DNA of 64,000 bases, taken from positions 34,722-98,721 of the IMG/VR virus record IMGVR_UViG_3300031726_000433; one strand, given 5' to 3'. Shown here piece after piece: positions 60,901 to 64,000 of the stretch. Position 1 is the first letter of the stretch, and every line of letters starts with the position of its first letter. This DNA comes from a virus. The translations under genes and the position numbers were made by a program. The notes beneath the pieces were generated by a model that was not told the origin of the DNA, did no database searches, and worked only from the letters and a program-made list of their open reading frames with translations.

Positions 60901-61063
60901 TCTTGGAATGGGAACGATAGGACAGGCAACGAACAATACGGTTGGATATGTTGATGGAGGAGTACTCAGCGCACAGACAGGGGCGTTACCAGCTTCTATA
61001 GCACTTGGCGACATTCGTCAGACATCAAACATAATGCCATACTTTAAGATTGGAGCAATTTAA
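54917..61063 (+). CDS. Giant (2048-aa) Ser/Thr/Gly/Ala/Asn-rich repeat protein, putative long fibre/appendage
   Basis: ATG overlaps the upstream TAA. By hand count about 32 type-A repeats (GT.VF.NSN..[ST]FG....[IV]TAS), 6 type-B repeats (I[RK]G.G.SNTG.TAG..G..TG.DW) and 9 HxH motifs, then a non-repetitive C-terminal domain. Confidence 0.7.
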   Translation: MPLYSPGQQISINLSQTVNGVASISAGTGGVTGPAVSFADSNGVSFGIVTDSNGGTITASAAGGIGGSGNKIAAGTQTANGTATVVFSNSNGLTFGMSNQSVITASYTQSTHSHSTAPAAIGAGTTRGTAGTISFSNSNNITFGMNGNTITASASYSQSTAPGALAAAGSTLTNGTAVFSNSNNISFGLNGSTITASASYSQSTSPGAIAAGTQTGTSGTVVFADSNGIAFGMSGSSQITASYTQSTHSHSTAPAAVSAGTTLATSGTISFADGNNVSFGMDAGTITASASYSQSTHSHSTAPGAIAAGTQTATSGTIVFADSNGLSFGLSGSSQITASYTQSTHSHSTAPGAIAAGTTNATSGTVSFANSNGLAFGMNAGTITGSYTVPTQSVQSYNVNAAGTQTANTTGTVVFSNSNNISFGMTNNSIITASASYSQSTAPGGLAAGTQTATSGTVVFVNSNDFTFGMTNSSQITASFSQSTHSHSTAPAAIAAGGSTATNGTIVLSNSNNVSFGFNGSTITASASYSQSTSPAGFAVNASTETNGTIVFTNSNNVSFGFNGSTVTASASFPAQTAQSAIRGLGVSNTGTTAGNTGVSTGVDWVIAGSGNITASQSTAAGGPNTIWLSVPAAGAFGGVAAGGSTETNGTVVFSNSNNVSFGFNGSTITATASYSQSTAPAAIAAAGSTTTNGTVVFSNSNNVSFGMNGSVITATVTMTPGAGDGFNNIAAGTQTAGTSGTVAFLNSNNVTFGMTNSSQVTASFSYSQSTAPSGIAASNASTVTNGVVQFANGNNVTFGLNGSTITASASYSQSTQPTIKGLGASNTGNTAGNTGTFTGVDWAIAGSGGITASGSTTNATGPHTLWLSVPTGASATGNLGGVAGSGASTVTGGTVQFGNANGVSFGLNGSTMTASYTQSTSPSGIAASNASTVTNGTVQFANGNNITFGLNGSTITASASYSQSTAPGGFAVNASTETNGTIVFTNSNNVSFGFNGSTVTASASFAQTNQSAIKGFGISNTGTTAGTSGMFTGVDWVLAASGNITASGSTTNATGPHTLWLSVPAQSTVPAAVAVNGSTVTNGTVVFSNSNGVSFGMNGSTITVTVTPGAAAGIAAQAAGTQTATSGTVVFANSNNFTFGMSGSSQITASFSESTHGHTFNQLAAGTQTAANGSTVVFSNSNNFTFGMTNSSIITASFSESTHGHTFNQLAAGTQTGANSSTVVFSNSNNVTFGMTNSSIITASFSYTQSTSPAALAVNAAGSITGGTAVFSNSNNVTFGLNGSTVTASASFAAQTTQSAIKGLGVSNTGTTAGNTGVFTGVDWAIAASGNITASGSTTNATGPHTLWLSVPAQSTVPAGFAVNASTETNGTIVFTNSNNVSFGFNGSTVTASATFAQTAQSAIRGLGVSNTGNTAGNTGVSTGIDWVIAGSNNITVSQSTAVGGPNTIWINQTGGGGAGDGYNILAAGTQTANTTGTVVFVNSNNFTFGMSNNSQITASFSESTHGHTFNQVAAGTQTGANGSTVVFSNSNNVSFGMTNSSIVTASFSYTQSTSPAGIAGSGASTVTNGTIQFANLNGISFGLNGSTMTASVFPHAHAAGGVTFTGTSGTVVFSNSNNVSFGLGGAGSTIMTASASFAQTTQSAIRGLGVSNTGTTAGNTGISTGVDWVIAGSGNITASQSTAVGGPNTIWLSVPTGGGGGAAISAAGGSQSTGTVIFSNSNGISFGYNAGTITATVTPGAAAGIAAMGAGTQTVTSGTIIFADSNGIAFGLSGSSQITASYNDVDFNFAVPGTTLASNAGGSIVFSNSNGVSFGINGSTITASVNGFTASTAQNRQLGASTTIAPGQSSLWLSPIRLPNPLSASTMMIIQSFSGTITSAATAQFGQSLLMALYSQNATNTSRFDTYWTGAKSMTFWNSGTSSYSYSYDTFSSSSAGSNIGTASIMGLRMHNFTIGSIIPAGLYLAAFLPITSSAGYSAAMSRAVMVYDAPIPLGMGTIGQATNNTVGYVDGGVLSAQTGALPASIALGDIRQTSNIMPYFKIGAI
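55020..60400 (+). repeat. Degenerate intragenic tandem repeats (~120-150 nt units)
   Basis: Protein repeats are highly similar while synonymous positions differ between copies. Confidence 0.8.
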
Positions 61064-61100
61064 AAATTTCTTTGTCATATGAAGTTGTAATTAAACACAT

Positions 61101-61844
61101 ATGACAGACAAAATTAACGTTGAAGATGTTGTCTCTGATTTTAAATCAAAGGGTTTCAAAAACGTAGAGTTGATAAGTGGAACAACCTACAAGGATAATT
61201 CTACAGTTGTTATAATCCCAACTAGAGGAACTATCAACTACAAGGTTGTTCAATCATGGCAGAATATGATTGCTCCTATGAATCAAAAGAGAGCTTTCAT
61301 ATTTGCTACAGGTCACGAAGTTGGTCAAGCATATAATGAAATGATTAAGAACATACTTCTTAATCCTGAACTTTCAAAGTGGAAGTATGTTCTAACTTTA
61401 GAAGATGACAACATACAACCATCCGACGCTCACATCAGACTTCTTGAAACAATAGAAACACATAAGTTTGATGCAGTATCTGGTCTATACTTCACAAAGG
61501 GTGAATATGGAATGCCAATGGCATATGGCGATCCTGATCAATATAAGCAGACTGGTGTTCTTGACTTTAAGCCACGTGATGTAAGAGATGCTATCAAGAA
61601 TGGTCACGTGATGCCAGTAAATGGAATTGCCATGGGATGCAGTCTTTACAGGATGGATCTATTCAGAGAGATTCCAGCTCCTTGGTTTGTAACTTTGAGC
61701 GACATAATTCCAGGGAAAGGTCCAGCTTGTTTCACACAAGATCTTTATTTCTGTGAAAGAGCAGTGAAGGCTGGTAAGAGATTCGCTGTAGACATGAGAG
61801 TAAGAGTAGGACACTTAGACATAAATTCAGGGGAAGTATACTAA
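61101..61844 (+). CDS. GT-A fold (GT2-like) glycosyltransferase
   Basis: VVIIPTRG, AYNEMI, YVLTLEDD (DxD-like), AVSGLY, IAMGCSLYRMDLF, QDLYFCERA..AG....D..V.VGH. Confidence 0.82.
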   Translation: MTDKINVEDVVSDFKSKGFKNVELISGTTYKDNSTVVIIPTRGTINYKVVQSWQNMIAPMNQKRAFIFATGHEVGQAYNEMIKNILLNPELSKWKYVLTLEDDNIQPSDAHIRLLETIETHKFDAVSGLYFTKGEYGMPMAYGDPDQYKQTGVLDFKPRDVRDAIKNGHVMPVNGIAMGCSLYRMDLFREIPAPWFVTLSDIIPGKGPACFTQDLYFCERAVKAGKRFAVDMRVRVGHLDINSGEVY

Positions 61845-61853
61845 GAGGAAAAT

Positions 61854-62489
61854 ATGGCAAAGAAAAAGAAGGTATCACCAGCGGTTGTTCCAGCAGCTCC
61901 AGTTCTTGCAAAACCAACGACACTTGTGAAGCTAGATCTCGCAGCAGGACAAAGACCGAGAGAAGGATTTGAAGGAGTCGATATCTGGCCTCAGTCAAAG
62001 CATGTTGTAGATTTGACCAAGTTCCCATGGCCATTTGAAGATAACTCAGTTGAGGAACTTCATTGTTCTCATTACGTAGAACATATCCCAGCAAGAGAGA
62101 TTGAAGCGAGAGATCTTGCTGATCCAAAGAGAACTGATCTTCTTGGCAAGGATCATCTTTTCGCATTCTTCGATGAGTGCTTTAGAATCTTGAAGCCAGG
62201 TGGAGATATGAGAGTGATTGTGCCAGCTCTAAGAAATAACAGAGCGTTTCAGGATCCAACTCATAGAAGATTCCTACCAGCTGAGACCTTCCTCTATTTG
62301 AACGCCGAGTGGAGAAAGATGAATATGCTTGATCACTATCGAGCTGATTGTAATTTCGGTGTGAATATCAATCCAACTGTTCCTGTCGAAATTAATCTTC
62401 TAAATCCAGAAACTGCCAATGTAAGGATGAACAATTACTGGAATGTCATCATTGACTGGGATGCGACATTGAAGTCATTAAAGACTTAG
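61854..62489 (+). CDS. Class I SAM-dependent methyltransferase (Methyltransf_11-like)
   Basis: KLDLAAG (motif I variant), GVDI, DLTKFPWPFEDNSV, SHYVEH, ECFRILKPGG, DPTH. Confidence 0.85.
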   Translation: MAKKKKVSPAVVPAAPVLAKPTTLVKLDLAAGQRPREGFEGVDIWPQSKHVVDLTKFPWPFEDNSVEELHCSHYVEHIPAREIEARDLADPKRTDLLGKDHLFAFFDECFRILKPGGDMRVIVPALRNNRAFQDPTHRRFLPAETFLYLNAEWRKMNMLDHYRADCNFGVNINPTVPVEINLLNPETANVRMNNYWNVIIDWDATLKSLKT

Positions 62490-62511
62490 ATTCCAATCAT
62501 ATTCTAAGTTT

Positions 62512-62543
62512 AGAAGACCCATCTTATGATGGGTTTTCTTTTT
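62512..62543 (+). terminator. Intrinsic terminator closing the inserted cassette
   Basis: AGAAGACCCATC-TTAT-GATGGGTTTTCT followed by T tract. Confidence 0.75.
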
Positions 62544-62708
62544 GTATAATATGCTCCTATTATATCATCTTGAACTTTTCTGTGACGATCTGGAGTGATT
62601 CTGACTGAAAGATGAATGCTTCCACCATTTTAAGGCAGATTCACACAGACGACCTCGAGATGATTTGATAGAGAATTTAGAAATTCTGTTAAAAAAGAAA
62701 TCTCATCA

Positions 62709-62719
62709 ATAGTTAGAAC
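62709..62719 (+). promoter_or_regulatory. Putative late promoter (TANTTA motif) for tube
   Basis: ATAGTTAGAAC downstream of the cassette terminator. Confidence 0.55.
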
Positions 62720-62760
62720 CGAAGGCTTTGAAGTTTTATGCCTGGAAGGAGATCTAAGAG

Positions 62761-63249
62761 ATGAGTGAAACACTTGACATTGCGCAACTTTTGGCCAATA
62801 ATTATGAACCGAAACGCAAATTCAGATGGATACTTCAGATTGATGGCATTGATGCCTTCGTCTTGAAGACTGCTGCACGTCCACAGGCAACTTTTGAAGA
62901 AACAGTTATTGACTATATCAATGCTAAGCGCTATGTGTCTGGTAAGATGGCATGGAATCCTATTGCAATCACCACTCACGATCCAGTCGCTCCTTCTGCA
63001 GCTCAGAAGATCATGGACTGGCTTAGACTTGACTATGAGCCTCTAACTGGAAGAATGGGTTATGCTACGTTCTACAAGAAGGATATTTCATTGAAGCTCC
63101 TTGATCCTCAAGGAACTGTCGTTGAACTATGGGATATCAAGGGCGCCTGGCCTCAGGACGTCAACTTTGGCGATCTTGACTATGCTTCTTCTGACAACGT
63201 GGAAATTTCATTTACTCTACGTTTTGATAATGCAACTTTGCAGTACTGA
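62761..63249 (+). CDS. gp19: Tail tube protein (T4 gp19-like)
   Basis: YEPKRKFRW, ARP, YVSGK..WNPI, GYATFYKKDI.L..LDP.G.VVE.W...GAWP.DVNFGDLDY; AGGAG SD. Confidence 0.9.
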   Translation: MSETLDIAQLLANNYEPKRKFRWILQIDGIDAFVLKTAARPQATFEETVIDYINAKRYVSGKMAWNPIAITTHDPVAPSAAQKIMDWLRLDYEPLTGRMGYATFYKKDISLKLLDPQGTVVELWDIKGAWPQDVNFGDLDYASSDNVEISFTLRFDNATLQY

Positions 63250-63257
63250 GGTGAATC

Positions 63258-63482
63258 ATGGTCAAGCTATCAAATGTATTTGTGTTGTCTGAGGGTCCAA
63301 TTCAACCTAATCAGAAAGTAGAAAAGCTGTTTGATAGTCCAGTGCTTTCGCAGTTCTCAGAACGTGATTGGCTAGATCTAGCTCTTTCTTCTTTAGATCA
63401 AGCTGGCATACCATCTTCCATTGTAAATAAAATACAGAAAATGGCAGAAGATAGTATGCCTAGCTTAGGTGACGGGCAATAA
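63258..63482 (+). CDS. Small hypothetical (putative head) protein
   Basis: GAGGTG SD; MVKLSNVFVLSE leader resembles that at 43561. Confidence 0.5.
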   Translation: MVKLSNVFVLSEGPIQPNQKVEKLFDSPVLSQFSERDWLDLALSSLDQAGIPSSIVNKIQKMAEDSMPSLGDGQ

Positions 63483-63485
63483 TAC

Positions 63486-63686
63486 ATGATCTCAACAAAA
63501 ACCATAACAATTATAGTTGTTCTCGTTGCAATCGCCGTCGTGATTGCTTGGGATATCTTTGCCGTATCGAATCCTATTCCAGGTGACACAGTTTCAGAAA
63601 TGACGTTTAATGCAGCTAAAGCAAATCCTATTATCCCGTTCGCACTTGGTGTAGTATGTGGACATCTATTTTGGGGACAAACATGA
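63486..63686 (+). CDS. Small two-TM membrane protein
   Basis: Hydrophobic N-terminal segment and PIIPFALGVVCGHLFW. Confidence 0.55.
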   Translation: MISTKTITIIVVLVAIAVVIAWDIFAVSNPIPGDTVSEMTFNAAKANPIIPFALGVVCGHLFWGQT

Positions 63687-63922
63687 ATATCTGGGAAAGA
63701 GCATTAAGAGAAGCAGATGCAACGCCAAAGACTCCAAGCAACACATCTCAGGATTGGAAGCCAGAAGTTCCATCAAACTCAAGAACTGTTCTTGGTGATC
63801 TTAAGGATGACGAACTTCACGCTGTTCTTTCTGCTCTCTTTATGTTTAGAGATGATCAGGAAGTTCAGAAGAGTCAAAGAGATATCGTTGCAAAGGTATT
63901 GGCAAAAATTAGTGGTAAGTAG
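63683..63922 (+). CDS. Small hypothetical (putative head) protein
   Basis: ATGA overlap; MNIWERALREA leader. Confidence 0.5.
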   Translation: MNIWERALREADATPKTPSNTSQDWKPEVPSNSRTVLGDLKDDELHAVLSALFMFRDDQEVQKSQRDIVAKVLAKISGK

Positions 63923-63952
63923 TTCACTTTAACTTATAGAAAGATATATAAT
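63923..63952 (+). promoter_or_regulatory. Possible sigma70-type promoter
   Basis: TTCACT-N18-TATAAT. Confidence 0.35.
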
Positions 63953-64000
63953 TTTATGAACGAACCAAACCATCACGAATCAAGCCATCACGGATTCTGA

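Noticed and set aside
54917-61063. Repeats as a CRISPR array or other DNA-level array
   Set aside because: The repeats are conserved at protein level with synonymous variation and have no identical repeat/unique spacer structure.
61101-62489. GT/MTase as DNA-modification enzymes
   Set aside because: Not favoured rather than excluded: the MTase lacks DNA-MTase catalytic motifs (DPPY/NPPY, PC) and both genes sit in a virion cassette, not among nucleotide-metabolism genes.
62545-62712. Small ORF or ncRNA between the cassette terminator and tube promoter
   Set aside because: The frame from ATG 62551 hits TGA after 15 codons and no convincing structure was seen; at most a decayed gene.
1-64000. 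Alternative genetic code (TAG or TGA reassignment), as in some huge phages
   Set aside because: Core genes are full length under the standard code, coding density is high, and TAA, TGA and TAG all end genes at sensible positions.
1-64000. Minus-strand and alternate-frame ORFs in the track
   Set aside because: They overlap well-supported + strand genes and show no recognisable motifs; treated as shadow ORFs.
1-64000. tRNA or rRNA genes
   Set aside because: Intergenic gaps are short and none showed a cloverleaf with a T-loop consensus.

Overview
The window is a 64-kb piece of a large (probably jumbo/huge) myovirus with a T4-like virion module. All credible genes lie on the + strand, are tightly packed, use the standard bacterial code, and many have AGGAG/GGAG Shine-Dalgarno sites. 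In order: baseplate/tail proteins (LamG, Kelch, FN3-like; 1-23.3 kb); a RuvC-like resolvase, a primase and a fused SbcD-SbcC; a holin-like gene and an unusual spanin-like gene; then terminase, portal, prohead protease, several acidic head proteins, ribosomal protein bS21, scaffold and major capsid protein; neck proteins, a fibre module, a lipoprotein serine protease and tail sheath. Between sheath and tube sits a ~9.3-kb cassette of four small proteins, a 2048-aa repeat protein, a GT-A glycosyltransferase and a SAM methyltransferase. Three free-standing endonuclease genes flank core genes. The most striking unexplained signal is a [S/T]-[G/A/S]-S tripeptide that recurs through the outer virion proteins but is nearly absent from the enzymes. 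Together with dense N-x-S/T sequons in the giant protein and the adjacent glycosyltransferase/methyltransferase, this suggests a phage-encoded virion glycosylation system (inference). Also notable: a candidate inverted-topology single-protein spanin, a TANTTA late-promoter motif, shared leader motifs on head proteins, and recoded gene ends beside the endonucleases. All calls come from reading motifs by eye; no database searches were run.
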